64,000 bases of DNA, taken from assembly GCF_009914755.1 (NCBI RefSeq), contig NC_060934.1. One strand, 5' to 3'. Below, piece after piece: positions 12,201-55,010 of this stretch. This DNA is from the human T2T-CHM13v2.0 reference genome, Homo sapiens. Each line of letters starts with the position of its first letter. The stretch's first letter is position 1. The notes below the pieces were generated by a model. That model searched no databases, had not been told where the DNA came from, and saw only the letters and a program-made list of their open reading frames with translations. Both the position numbers and the translations under genes were made by a program.

Positions 12201-15200
12201 CCATCCATCGAAGCCCTGGGTTAGATTGTGAAAATACAGAGATTCCAATGGATGGTATATCTGTAAGTATCTTTCCTTTGAGTAAGAGGTAAGGCATCTT
12301 TCTGAACTCTTTGCTTTAATTTCAAATGTCTGGTGACAGATCTTCCTGAGTCATTTCTTAGCACCATGTTTCACAGCAGAAATTGTTAGAAATAATTCCT
12401 ATGGAAATTCCATCCAGAGAGAGCCAGTGTGGTCCCAGATATTGCTCATCGGTGTCCACACACACGATATCCCTTGCTTGTGGAGTCACGCTCTGCTATT
12501 ACTCCTGTTAGCACTTCAAGCCCCTTGTGTGTGCCAGACCTGGGCCAGGTGCTTTAGAAGCAATGCTTATGTCATGGCTTCCTCAACAGTTGTGCTAGGT
12601 AAGTACTGATGCCTCACTTTACAGAAAGGGAGCTGGACTCCCTTACACAGCTAGTAAGTGATGCTGTTGGGACTCCCCAGCCTGACTCAGAAGCTGAGCT
12701 CTATCTACCTCCCCTGCCCTACTGATGACTCCACCTTTCCCAGACAATGAGTGTTCCTGGAACGTTCCACTGAAGGAAGCTTCACCCACAGGAACGCAGG
12801 TCATCTGGGAATGTGGGAGGCATCTCAGCTCTCAGTGCCTGCCGGCTTCCCTCTGCCCCAGCACTCGGGGGCTGTGGTGCACCAGCGAGTGGCCAGGCTG
12901 TGTAACCGCATCCCTGAGGAGCATGCAGTCCCGCAGGGGTGCGGTAGGTCTCAGGTGCAGCATTTGTAAGCAGCTCCCTGGCTGGTTCTGATTTTGCTGC
13001 ATTGAGAAGCCTCTGTCTCACTTCCCACTCTAAGGTTTTAGAAAATAAGTGTTCTGGGAATCGGAGCCCTGGCTATCAGTGTGGAGTCCTGGAGCTCCAG
13101 ACCTCCTGCTGAGAAGGAAGGGTCAGCCTCAGGCTCCTGCAGGGTCTTGCCCAGGGCCGTGCTAGTCCAGACAGGCACATTTTCACTGAAAAGGTGACTC
13201 AGACCAGCCTGTGACTACATCTATTAATATAACTTGTTCTGTGACAGGCACAGGGGAGCTGCCACGCCTTGGCCTTCCCCTGCTACGTGGCTGCCCAGAG
13301 GCCTGGGAGATGGGTTTGTCTCTATGAGAGACACAGAGGAAAAGGCAACACCAAAAAGAGAGGTGCAGATGGACCCTGCCTGCAGACAGATCTCTCTCCA
13401 GTGGCTCCCTCATCTCCTCCCATCGCGTTCCTGGCCCAGCTTTGTGCCTAGAGGACACTGGGTCTTCGCTAGCAGCTCAGCTGTTGCAGGTGGGGTCTAC
13501 CTGTGAACTTGCTACCCCTAGCCAGCTCTCACATGGGGTATGGACGACCAGGGTATGGTTTTGGCCCTGGAGTCAGGCTGTTCAGATTCTCACCTAGACT
13601 CTCACACTTACTAGTGAGTTCGGGCACCTGCCTAGCCTACTTGTGCCTCAGTTTCCTCATCTGTGGATAAGGATACTGGTGTCTACTTCATAGACTCCTT
13701 GTGAGGTTCAAGGGAGATATTGAATGTGAGGTGCTTAGAGAAGGGTCCGGCCACAGAGTAGGGACTCAGTGAGTGTCACAGTGATCCTGTCAATTTGGCA
13801 GGTCCCTACATGGACAGCCCTTTGTCCTGCTGCACTGGGTGCAAGGCCCAGTGCCAGACTGCCTTGGCCAGCAACTGACTTTGGAAACCACCCAGCACTG
13901 GGCTCTCCCTGCCATGTCCACCTCCTCAAAGGCAGGTTCCCAGCAGTCTGGTTGAAGCTGCAGGCCTCCATGGCCCCTTGTCCTGGAAGAAGGCTGCTTC
14001 CCTGGGGGCCAGGACAGCTGCCCCACCTCAGCCTGGCTTCCTCTTTGTCCCACCTGTCCAGAACCTAGCATGTCTGACCCTGAGGACACTTGCTTGGGTT
14101 GCGACATCTATGATCCAGAGACTCCCTGAAGCTGGACAAGCCTGGGTATCCCACAAAAGCTCACAGAGAACCTGGGGCTGGGCAGAGAGACCCAACTGCT
14201 CTCTGACTGGAGCCTGCTGGCCATTGGACCCTAGCAAGTCACTCAGTGTCTCTGAGCCTTCATTTCATCATCTGCAAAACAGAAAGTGCAGCCCTGACAT
14301 CCTGAGGCTGCCTGGGAGGAAAGGAAAAGGGTGTGCAGAGCCGGCAGCCGGGAGATGTCACCTCTGTCCCCTTCTGGATATTCAACTCCTTAGCACAGCG
14401 ATGGCCTCAGGCTCAACCATAGATGGAAAGCTCCCGAGAACCCATCAGTTCTGCTGGGGATGGGCTGCCCTGAGCCCCGGGTTCCTCCAGGCTCTAGCAG
14501 GCCAGGTCCTCCTGCTTCCCCTCTTCCCTCTCCAGTCTTGACAAATGAACATCATTGATCCCTGAGGTGAAGGCATTGATGGGTCCCCAACAGCAGGTTC
14601 AGGTTACTCTCATGCTCAAAGCCCTTCAGTGCCTTCCCACTTCTCTTAAGGTAAAGCCTAACTCCTCAGCCTGCCAGGCAAGGCCTTTCAGGACCTGGCC
14701 CTGCCTGCTTCCCCAGGTCCATCTCCTCCGGTACCAGGACCCTTGAGCTGTGCTGAGCAGCTTCCCTCGAAGCCAAGCTCCCTGCCCTCTGACCCTCTGC
14801 ACACAGTTCCCTCTGCCAGGAGCAGTATGCCTGATTCTCCCCAAATGCACACGTGTGTGCACCCCATACACATTTACACACAAGGCTCAACCATGATACC
14901 CCCTCCTTTGAGTGGCCCCACCCCTGCAAGGGTCCCTCCCCTGGACTCTTCTCAAACCTCAGCTTCCCCCTTGCATTTCTAGATTTCTTCATCAGCCTGT
15001 CTCCCGGCCCAGGTCCCATCCCTGCCGTGGGCACTCTAGGCCTGGGACTGTTTCTTCTCGGCCCCTTCCCACCCTCCATGCTTGGCCCAGGAGGCAGCCA
15101 AATGTAGACTGAGCCACTCCCAGCCAAGGGCGACTTTACATTTCTCAGGACTCCCTGGTGACCAGCACCCAACACCATGCAGGAACCCAAATCTCCTGCC

Positions 15201-15234
15201 AGCTCCCACTTACCCAGGATTTCCACCAGGCCAT
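148..15234 (-). CDS. ANXA8: Annexin A8, complete 12-exon CDS (327 aa)
   Basis: Exons 15214-15234, 11099-11189, 9834-9928, 8382-8495, 7533-7623, 6794-6873, 6246-6305, 5606-5699, 5271-5366, 3434-3492, 2563-2685 and 148-207 sum to 984 nt. They translate [15 protein letters not shown]...[12 protein letters not shown] with four annexin repeats. All acceptors are AG and all donors GT except a GC donor after exon 3. Ser6/Gly177 favour ANXA8 over ANXA8L1 (from memory). Confidence 0.95.
1175..1345 (-). mobile_element. Alu monomer (FLAM/FRAM-like)
   Basis: Alu consensus. Confidence 0.8.
2563..2685 (-). CDS. ANXA8: ANXA8 exon 11
   Basis: [41 protein letters not shown]. Confidence 0.95.
3434..3492 (-). 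CDS. ANXA8: ANXA8 exon 10
   Basis: [20 protein letters not shown]. Confidence 0.95.
4913..5035. repeat. Imperfect (CA)n
   Basis: CA-rich tract. Confidence 0.85.
5271..5366 (-). CDS. ANXA8: ANXA8 exon 9
   Basis: [32 protein letters not shown]. Confidence 0.95.
5606..5699 (-). CDS. ANXA8: ANXA8 exon 8
   Basis: [31 protein letters not shown]. Confidence 0.95.
6246..6305 (-). CDS. ANXA8: ANXA8 exon 7
   Basis: [20 protein letters not shown]. Confidence 0.95.
6794..6873 (-). CDS. ANXA8: ANXA8 exon 6
   Basis: [27 protein letters not shown]. Confidence 0.95.
7533..7623 (-). CDS. ANXA8: ANXA8 exon 5
   Basis: [30 protein letters not shown]. Confidence 0.95.
8382..8495 (-). CDS. ANXA8: ANXA8 exon 4
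   Basis: [38 protein letters not shown]. Confidence 0.95.
9834..9928 (-). CDS. ANXA8: ANXA8 exon 3
   Basis: [32 protein letters not shown]; GC donor. Confidence 0.93.
11099..11189 (-). CDS. ANXA8: ANXA8 exon 2
   Basis: [31 protein letters not shown]; AG/GT boundaries. Confidence 0.95.
12117..12208. repeat. (TCCA)n tetranucleotide microsatellite
   Basis: ccatccatccat... tract. Confidence 0.95.
15214..15234 (-). CDS. ANXA8: ANXA8 coding exon 1 (MAWWKSW)
   Basis: ATG at 15234-15232, donor GTAAGT. Confidence 0.95.
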
Positions 15235-15584
15235 CTCTTTCACCTCGGGGGCACCTTTCCCAGGGAGATGAAGAGACACAGGTTGGCCTCTGCTGGGACT
15301 CCACACGTCTGGCTCCTGCAGCTGAGGAGTGAGCAGGCCGCTCACTTGGGTGTGGGGGTGCAAGCCCGCCCAGGGCAGCGCCACACCTGCCTGCCGTCCC
15401 CTCGCCCCCGGGCTCTGCCTGGCTTTGGGCATCTCCTGTGGCTCCCAGGCCCCACCCAGACACTGCCCAGGCCTGCTCTGGGGAATTACACAACTCACTG
15501 GCAGATATTTGGGCTGTGGCTGTTACGCATACTGGAAATTCTTAGCTCCAGCCTGCGAAAGCCCCACTCAGTAAACACAGCTCC

Positions 15585-15685
15585 ATGTTGATTAGGCTGG
15601 TCTCAAACTCCCGACCTCAGGTGATCTGCCCACCTTGGCCTACCAAAGTGCTGGGATTACAGGCATGAGCCACCGCACCCAGCCC
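15585..15685 (-). mobile_element. Alu left-arm fragment in ANXA8 promoter
   Basis: ggtctcaaactcccgacctcaggtgatctgcc...gctgggattacaggcatgagcc. Confidence 0.85.
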
Positions 15686-15745
15686 ATTTTCATCACTCCT
15701 AATAGCCATGGAGTATGCCATTTAATCAACTGCATATGCAATATT

Positions 15746-16339
15746 ATTTTTTTTTTCCGGGGGCAAGGGGCTCATATTCACCACAGATGGGAGGCCAGTT
15801 GGTGAGAAGGTGGCAGGCGGCACAGCCACCTTATACAGCATGCCATACTGGTCCACTGTCAGACCGGTGATGGCCTCAGCTCCATCACCCCCCAGGCTGA
15901 CTCTGGCTCCTGCCTGGCTCTGCCCGGCCACCACAACCCCTCGGGACCATTCAGAGGCATCACTGGAGGATGTGTGGTTAGTGGAGCAGCTGGTCATGGG
16001 GAGGTCTCGTTTCTTTGGTGGAAGGCATTCCTGGTTCCTCTCATGAACAGGTTTCATATTGCTTTGTGGTGTTCCTGGAGCCTGGAAGGAGTTGGCTTGC
16101 TCCCTGGGGCATCAGGAGGGGCTTCTCTGTAGCTTCTCTGAACCCCTCTCTGCTTCTGGCTGGGGCACCTACATCTGAGCTTCCAGTGGTGCTTCTGAGC
16201 AGCTGTAGTAAGCGTCCTCCCGGCTGGCTCGGGAGCCAGCCCATTTCACCACGCTTCCCGGGATCCACCCGCTCATCCTGGAGCCGCTGCAAACCTGGCC
16301 GCCGCCATCCCCAGCCCCGGAGCTGCCCCATACCCCTGT
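15746..16339 (-). pseudogene. ATXN1L (ataxin-1-like) processed retrocopy, 3'-truncated; 111-aa ORF 15722-16057
   Basis: ORF MKPVHERNQECLPPKKRDLP...GLPSVVNMSPLPP matches the ATXN1L N-terminus. It has a GC-rich 5'UTR-like leader, an A10 tail (15747-15756) and a 12-bp TSD ATATGCAATATT at 15734-15745 and 16340-16351. Confidence 0.9.
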
Positions 16340-17127
16340 ATATGCAATATTTGTTAACCATTCCCTTTTGGTGCCCATCTAGGTACAGGTATCATTTTTG
16401 GAGCTAAAGTATCTATAATACACTGGAAGTAACAGATGTCACCTCCATATTGTACGCCAAACCTAATAAGCAGAGCAAAACTTTTCATCCAAGCGATTTG
16501 GTTAACATTTTAGGATGTTTCTAATCTCTCAGTAATACAAATATGCTACAATAGATCTGTGTGTTTATCCTTTGGGCACCTGTGTGTGCCTGTGCATACC
16601 TGGAGAATAAAGTCCTGTGAGAGGAACTGCCATCCAAAGAGGGTGTTTCAGTCTGTACTGCCACCAACAATGTGCTTGTGCTTCTGAGCTTGCGTTTGGG
16701 TCAGGAGAATTTGAAAGTCATCAGGAACCAAACCAGGATATAAGGTTCAGCTGTAGCTGGAAAGTGGCAAGCGTTCCAAAGCTAAGACATTGGCTATACC
16801 TGGGCTGTTCACAAACTGTGAGTCCAATTCTAGATGAGATCCAGAAGTATGGTGAGCAACTCACTTATTTTTTAAGCAAAACACCTTTTCTTCTCATTTC
16901 TGCTAAGAACAAATAGCTTCCAGCAAGAGAAATAGGGGATGCAATATTTTTACAAATTACTTCTCTTTTTTTTAATTAAAAAATGTTAAGTTAAATGCTA
17001 CTTAAAGATATGTTTAACCTCTATGATACTGACTTGCTCATGAGAAGGAGAGAGGGCCAGGCATCTTGCCCACTACTACCCACTATCAACACTTAGGCCT
17101 GACATCAGTCTCTAAATAAATATTCTG

Positions 17128-17423
<296 letters not shown>

Positions 17424-17919
17424 TCAACAGCAGCTTCTAGGATGATGAGCAGTGACTCAGTCTCTCCTTGACCAGATTCTGTAACCGTCCAGCAGAAATG
17501 CTTATCTGATCTCTGCGAGAACAGGAAGCAGCTCAGTGGGGGCCTTCCTTGCTAAATTCTTCATCAAGCTGGTCTGTTATCTGCCCTGAGTCCTGCAAGA
17601 ACATCTCAAGAAAAATCCCAAAAACATGCAAGACAAATGAGGGTCCTCCCTTAGCATGTCTTGAAGCACTGAGGCACCTGAAAGTTGTATATAGTTTCTG
17701 GTGAAACAGTTTTTTAGGAAATGAAGCACAGACACTAACTATTCTTCCAGAAGAGCCCCTTCCTGACATGAAAGATCTTACTTAGCATGACAGAGAAGCA
17801 TCTGTTTCATCATGAGGACCTATCCAACCAGCAGCAGGGGCCCCAGTGCCAGTGTCCACCTCAGCAGAGGAGACACGGGGGACATGCAAAGTGTTTCTGT
17901 TGAAAAATACTTCACCTAG

Positions 17920-18470
<551 letters not shown>

Positions 18471-18536
18471 ACTTTGCCTAGTGTTTCCATCCAAATGGGA
18501 ATAAATCCAGCGCTCAATGTACACATGTCATGGCTT

Positions 18537-18542
18537 TTTATT
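18537..18542 (-). terminator. FAM25 polyadenylation signal AATAAA
   Basis: tttatt about 35 nt downstream of the stop codon. Confidence 0.75.
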
Positions 18543-18575
18543 GAGACTGGGGAAGGGCCGTGGTAGCAGGTGCAC

Positions 18576-22999
<4,424 letters not shown>

Positions 23000-23028
23000 C
23001 TAGGATGCTGAGGACTGGCCCAACATGC

Positions 23029-23035
23029 TTTTATA
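23029..23035 (-). promoter_or_regulatory. FAM25 TATA box (TATAAAA)
   Basis: Consensus TATA about 55 nt upstream of the ATG. Confidence 0.7.
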
Positions 23036-26000
23036 GCTGCCTCTGGTGCCTATCTAGGCTCTGGGGCAATAAGCCCTCACCCCAGCCCAGTAGGAGGCTG
23101 GACAGGTGAGTCAGTGAGGGCGGCAGCAGGAAGGGGCTGGGCGGAGCCACCCTGGAACTAGGGTGGCAGCATCCCCTGACAGCATGAGGCTTCTGTAACC
23201 CTGTCCTAGGGACCCCGTGAAGGATAGGGGCAGGGAGCAGGGCTGGACAGTAGAGATCTGGACATGCTTCTTCCTTGAGGCAGAGGGCCTGAGTGCCAGC
23301 CCCCCTGAGACCAAAGCTTCCCAAGCCTGGGTACTGATATGTACCTGGAGACAAGGCCTAGGATTCCAAGCCTGCTGCTCAAGGTCCCCAGTGTGGCCTA
23401 GTAAGAGGTTTGGGGGTTCTATGGGCCTGGAGACCTGGGCAGTCCTTTGAGTCATGAACACAAGTGGAATGAGGGTGACTGCCCTCCCCATTCCTGGAGA
23501 CCCTGGCTCTGCAGAGCAGTTTGCGGCCTCCATGGGACAGGGTGGGGCGTTCAGGGTGGTGCCTTGCCCGAGTCAGAGGGGGGCACAGCACTGGGCAGAA
23601 GCGTAGTCACCTGGTGTCGCTCAGCTGATGCTCACTCACCCAAGAGGCTCTGTGAGGTCAGCAGTGCCCTCCTATCCCCTGGCAGTCCTGGAGGAGTAGA
23701 CAGAGGCCTCCACCACCACTCAGGGAGATGCTTCTGGCCTTAGCTAGAATCCCCTAGGAAGCAGCTTCCCTGGCTCCTGGTGCATCGCATGAGGAGTGGC
23801 AGGGCTGCTCCCTAGTTACTCATGATGGACAGACATGCCTCAAGCCACCTGCCACATGCTGCTTCCCTTAGTCACCAGCCCAACCTGAGCCTCCGTTTCC
23901 TCATCTGTAAAATGGGCATAGCGTGCCTTCTTGGCTGTGTCCCTAATCATCCCTGAGGCAAAGCATGCAAGCTCCTGGTAAACACCTGTTCCCTCCACTC
24001 ATCATTGAGGTGCCCTTTGGCAGTGAGCTCTGACCAACTGGTAGGGTGTGCCAAGGAGTGACTGGGACGTGAGGCTGCCTTGGAGCCAGAGGGCTGGGGA
24101 ATGTGACTTCTGCTGGCCAGGAGCCAAGGAGAGGTCTTCCCATGCTCCTACTTCTGGGGTGCAGGCCTGTGGCAGGGGTCTGAGGCTCTCTCCCCAATGC
24201 AGGCTCCTGGAGCTGCTCTCCTGGATGTGTCGGGGCCTGATTAGTTTACTGGACTGTGGGCCCTCCCAGCCTGGGACTCGGGAGCTGAGACCCTCTTGCA
24301 TTCCTGCATGGTGTTTGCGGGCTCCAGGGCTACGGCCAGTCCCCCTAGGGTGGACAGTGGGTATCGTGGGCAGCAGGACCTCTGGGTCTCAAGACTGTGG
24401 CCCCACACATGCCATTGCTGTCTCCTTTGGGCAGGGGTGAATCGGGGCTTCAACAATTTAGAGGGGCCTCTTTATGAAAAAGAATACAATAATATGATTC
24501 TTGCACATTTTTCATTTATATACGTATGAACTTCTGGACCCAGAAGGGGCTGTGAAAGTCGGGGGCCTGGAGCTCAGGCGGGTCCAGATGACCCTGTCCT
24601 CCTTTTGTAACAGCCAGAGTCCAGGATGCTTTGCCCAGGGCATTGGGCTGGCACTGCAGAGGCCTGGGGGATGGGGTGACACCTGGGACATGGCTGGTGG
24701 GAATTGTTCTAGGAAACCTCAGGGATTCTCCCTGGACCTGTCAAAGCCCCTTCCCTGTTTCTTCTGAGGCTGTGTGTCCCCCCACTCACACAAGGGTCCT
24801 TTCTATGCCTGCTCCCCTGATAAATGTCATCTGCCTGCTCTAGAATGGCTTCCAGACCCCACAGACCCCCTCCTCATGAGCTCCCACCCTAGGGTACTCT
24901 CCACCAGTCCCCGCTTTCAGGAGCTCACCAGACCCAGACAGCCTGTTGTCAGAGCTCATCCACACAGCAGGACCCTGGCCCACTGCCCAGCCCAGAGCCA
25001 GGCCCACCATGGCCTCTGGGGACAACTGCCCTTCCCCCCACCCCCTCCACATGGTCCCCTGCCCATGAGACCCTGCCCTGCTAATTTAATGCACTGCCTT
25101 GGTGTGAGCACTGTGATTCTAATGACAACACACCATGGCCTTCTGGGCGAGGCTGGGTCCAGACACAGATCCCAAATGCCTGCTGGGGAGAAGGCAAGAG
25201 GCCCGGGGAGGCCCAGGACAAGACATGGGTCCCAGGCCCTGGTGCCCTCCCTCTTGGCCTTCCAGCTGCTGCTGCTGTGACCAGATTCCCATTCACCCAG
25301 CCCCGTCCATGGGCCCCAGCAAGCCATCTGTGCCCCACAGAGGGCAGACCCCTAAGAGTGGGACCCCTTTCTAGCCAAAGAACATGAGATAGCCCCAAAT
25401 CCTCCTAAACATGATGGATCCTGGTCTGAGGGGCTGGGCTCAGGTGACTCCTGCAGGGAACTTCACCTGCCTGGATGAGGTCAAGTGTGAATCAGGTGGG
25501 GCCTGCCCTCCACCACCCCATCATGGAAGAGGTCCAGCCCACAGTGGGCCCAAGAGGGCCGCCCTTGGACCTAGGGACCCAAGTCAGCATATCCTGAGTC
25601 AGAAGGTCAAGTCCAGCCTCCCCTCAGGCAGGGAGAATCTGGCTTTGACAGGAGCAGATAAATTCTCAAGGTGGAATTTGCCCAACATACTAGTTTGGCA
25701 AGGGACTAGCTGGCTGAATCACTGAGTCAAGGACAGCCAACGTTTCCAATAGCAATTTGCCAACTTAGCAATTACCAATTCTGAAAAACAATTTGTTTAT
25801 TTGAAACACTTAAATACTTAGGCTGTCTCATGTCTGAAGCATGATGATGCCTTGCGTGATTTAAAGGACAGACGTCACGAATGCCAAGAGTTTTGTGGCG
25901 GTCCATCCTGCCAGTGTCTTCTCCCACTTTTGTTCTGTGGATTTGAGCTCACAGTTTGTGCTGTGCCCACCGCCTGCCCACCCTAACGAGACTCCTGGAG

Positions 26001-26555
26001 ACTTGGCTGGCCAGTCACCAGAGGAAGAGGGGCCCAGCAGCACGCCAGCATTCACCCACCTGTGGGTATCAGTCAGGCTCCTGGTGGAAGCCAGAGGACA
26101 TATTCGAATGGGTACTTGAGGAAAGGGGCTGTTCACAGAAGTGTGGACCGAGTTAAGGGAACCAATAAGAGATGAGGAATGTCCTGGACCAGCAAGAGTG
26201 GGAGCTGTTATCTCCCTGGGTCTAGAGGGACAGGAAAGGTGTCCACAGATCCCAAAGAGAGCTGTGGCTGTAGAGGAGGATCATCAGGAGCTGCAGCCAT
26301 CAGTAGAAAGATGTGGCCACTGCCAAACCAACAAGGAAGAATCTGAGCGAATAACCACCTCTCCTCTCTCTCTCTCTCCCACCTCCTATGACGTCCTCCA
26401 CTGTGTGAATTCCACTAGGGCCAGACAGTGAGGCACCCTGGTGATGCAGTCCAAGAGGGAGTGGGCAGAGAGGAGCCAGTGGGTATGGAGGGGAAACAGA
26501 GAAACAGAGAATTCCAGCTCACTCTGCGGGATTTCTGGGTCTGATAGAAACATGG

Positions 26556-26950
<395 letters not shown>

Positions 26951-26951
26951 T

Positions 26952-26991
26952 GAGGAGGAAGAGGAGGAGGAGGAGGAGGAGGAGGAGGAGG
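26952..26991. repeat. (GGA)n microsatellite
   Basis: gaggaggaagaggaggaggagg... tract. Confidence 0.9.
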
Positions 26992-27599
26992 AAAAAGCCC
27001 ATCATCAATACACACATCAAACTCAACTTCAGAGAAATTAGGAAGCTGGGAAGCCACGTAAACCCAAAAGCAGGAGACACCAGCAGAACCAACGCAGGAA
27101 GCCAGGGAAGTGCAGAAGAACAGGGCATGGGGGGCAACCCAGGGGGGAATCTTCACTGTTGCCAGCAACACACATTCCCAGCAGGAGAGGACCCTCAGAG
27201 TGAGAACGCAGAGCTGGAGAAATGAAGAAGGAGCAGGTGGTGCCCGGGGAAGTCCAGGGGTGTGGGATCTGAGAGCACGCCTTCCCAAGAGAGGCGGGAA
27301 CACTTGGGAAGGCAGGGCTGAGTCCCTGGAGGCTGTATCTGGGAAAGGAGGCTGGCAGTAGAATCTTCCTGAAGCCGAGTAGGTTCTGAGAGGCAGAGGG
27401 GCAGTGGTACAGAGGTGAGGCTGACGCTTCTGTGCAGGAAGGGCAGGCTCCTGAGGAAGGGAGCCCCGAATGCTCTCCACTAGATTCCCAGGGAGCCCCA
27501 CTCCCTCCACAGGGACCTCGCGCTGACATCTGGGAAATGCCATTCATACTGGAACGTCCGACACACTGCCATGAATGTGAGGGTTTTGTGACTGATGGG

Positions 27600-29875
<2,276 letters not shown>

Positions 29876-29877
29876 CC

Positions 29878-30530
<653 letters not shown>

Positions 30531-31073
30531 AAGGTTTCCCTCATTCTTCACTCTCCCCATGCTGGTCACCTTGCTGTTTGTTCCTCAAACACATATGAAA
30601 TGCGTTTCTGTCTTGGCAGTCATCCTGCTACCTGTAATGTCAGCACTGCTTTCTGTTGTCCCTTCAGTCAGGTCACTGTTCAAATAGCTCTCTAGACAGG
30701 CTCTTCCTTATCATTCTACTTAAAATAGCCCCCAATCACTCTGTGTCCCTTTAGCCTGCTTCCTCTTCCTGCTATTTCATACTACCTGAAAAAAATACTT
30801 GAACTTCCTAGAACATAAGCTCATAAAAGCAAGAACTGTGCTCCACCTCTCCTCTCCTCTACCCCAGCACTCAGAAGAGAAACAGAGTCAGCATCCAGTG
30901 AGTGTTCATGAATCAAGTCACTGCTTGGCAGAATTCAGCACTGGGACCACAGCCTCGCCTATCTTCAACTCTTTCTCCTTCTGCTTTTCCTCCTCCCACT
31001 CTAGTAGCCACTCTTCTGGGGGCTTGTCCCTTAAATGATTAGTCCTTACTGACCTATTTTCTGTCCACTTTAT

Positions 31074-31505
31074 CTGTTTTTGAGAGAGGGTCTCACTCTG
31101 TTGCCCAGGCTGGAGTGCAGTGGCATGAATATGGGTCACTGCAGCCTCCACCTCCTGGGCTCAAGTGATCTTCCTGCCTCAGCCTGCCATGCCATGTAAC
31201 TGAGGCCACAGGCATGTGCCACCATGTCCAGCTAATTTCTTGATTTTTTTTTGGTAGAAATGGGTCTCACTTTATTGCCCAGTCTGGTCTTGAAGTCCTA
31301 CACTCGAGCAGTCCTCTCAACTTGGCCTCCCAAAGTGCTGGGATTACAGGCATGAGATACTGCACCTGGTCTTATTTTTTCTTTTCTTAAGATACAGGGT
31401 CTCACCATCTGGCCCAGGCTGAACTCAAACTGCTGAGCTCAAGTAATTCCCCCACCTCAGCCTCCGAAGTAGCTAGGACTAAAGGCATGAAACCACCATG
31501 CTTGG
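31074..31505 (-). mobile_element. AluJ-like element plus monomer
   Basis: Alu consensus. Confidence 0.8.
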
Positions 31506-32037
31506 CTTGTCCAATTTCATTCTACACACTTTCTTGGTATTTAAACAGCTGCTGTTGCTCTTCATTCTGTAGCTCTACATCAGATTCATGCTCTAGTCCT
31601 GTATATCCAAATGATGACTAGAGGCTGCCGGCTCTGCTCTTTCAAAGGCACAATGAGCGTAGCCCGTCTACAAAACTCTCCCTTTTCCAATCCAGCTTTC
31701 CCTCCTGCATCACCTATCTCTCTACATCTGGAACCATCGGCAGCTGCCTTCATAAGGCACCTCAGTCTGGCATTCGGAAAACCACCCTGTCTTGCCAGAG
31801 CCTCTTGGTCTTGGGTAGCAAAAGCTGTATGCAATCTAAATCAAGCTTTCAATCATGAGAAATCACATTCCTTCTTTTCCCTTTGTAATATACTCATGTG
31901 TTTTTTTTTTTCCTTTCTCAATAAGCAAATTGTACCACCATCTTATTCTGAGATGCTCCTTTTTAAAAGCTGTAGATCACATTAATGGAAGTGGTTACTG
32001 CTGGGAATATTTTCCATGTGCAATGATCTGTAACCCT

Positions 32038-33245
<1,208 letters not shown>

Positions 33246-33378
33246 TTAGTTTACGAAAAGTACTGAAAATGCTATTACTAGCTGAATTTGTGATTTCCTT
33301 TTGAAATTCTGAGTTATCCTTATTTTTCCCATTTTGTTTTTGCACCAAGGAGACTGCAGTCAAATAAAACAGATACTA

Positions 33379-54837
<21,459 letters not shown>

Positions 54838-54983
54838 CTACTGTCTGCCACCACCTGTGCCTCTGCTCACAGCTTTGGCCACGCACTCCCGCTGTCCTAG
54901 GCCGAGGCTATGCTGCACTTGCAGAGATGGTCTTCCCGCTCCTCGCCTGCCCACCTCACAGTGCGGCCCCGGGCACCAGCCCT

Positions 54984-55010
54984 GGCCCCGGCCCCGGCCC
55001 CGGCCCCGGC
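54984..55010 (-). repeat. (GGGGCC)4 hexanucleotide repeat in AGAP 5' region
   Basis: ggccccggccccggccccggccccggc on the + strand. Confidence 0.9.

Noticed and set aside
11895-12297. ORFs with WMDG/HPSI repeats
   Set aside because: Translations of a (TCCA)n microsatellite.
14666-15591. 275-aa and 169-aa ORFs over the ANXA8 promoter/exon 1
   Set aside because: GC-rich chance ORFs with no homology I recognise; only MAWWKSW is real coding sequence.
17441-17510. ATGATGA...CTGA pair resembling a C/D box snoRNA
   Set aside because: No terminal stem, intergenic position and no recognisable guide; likely chance.
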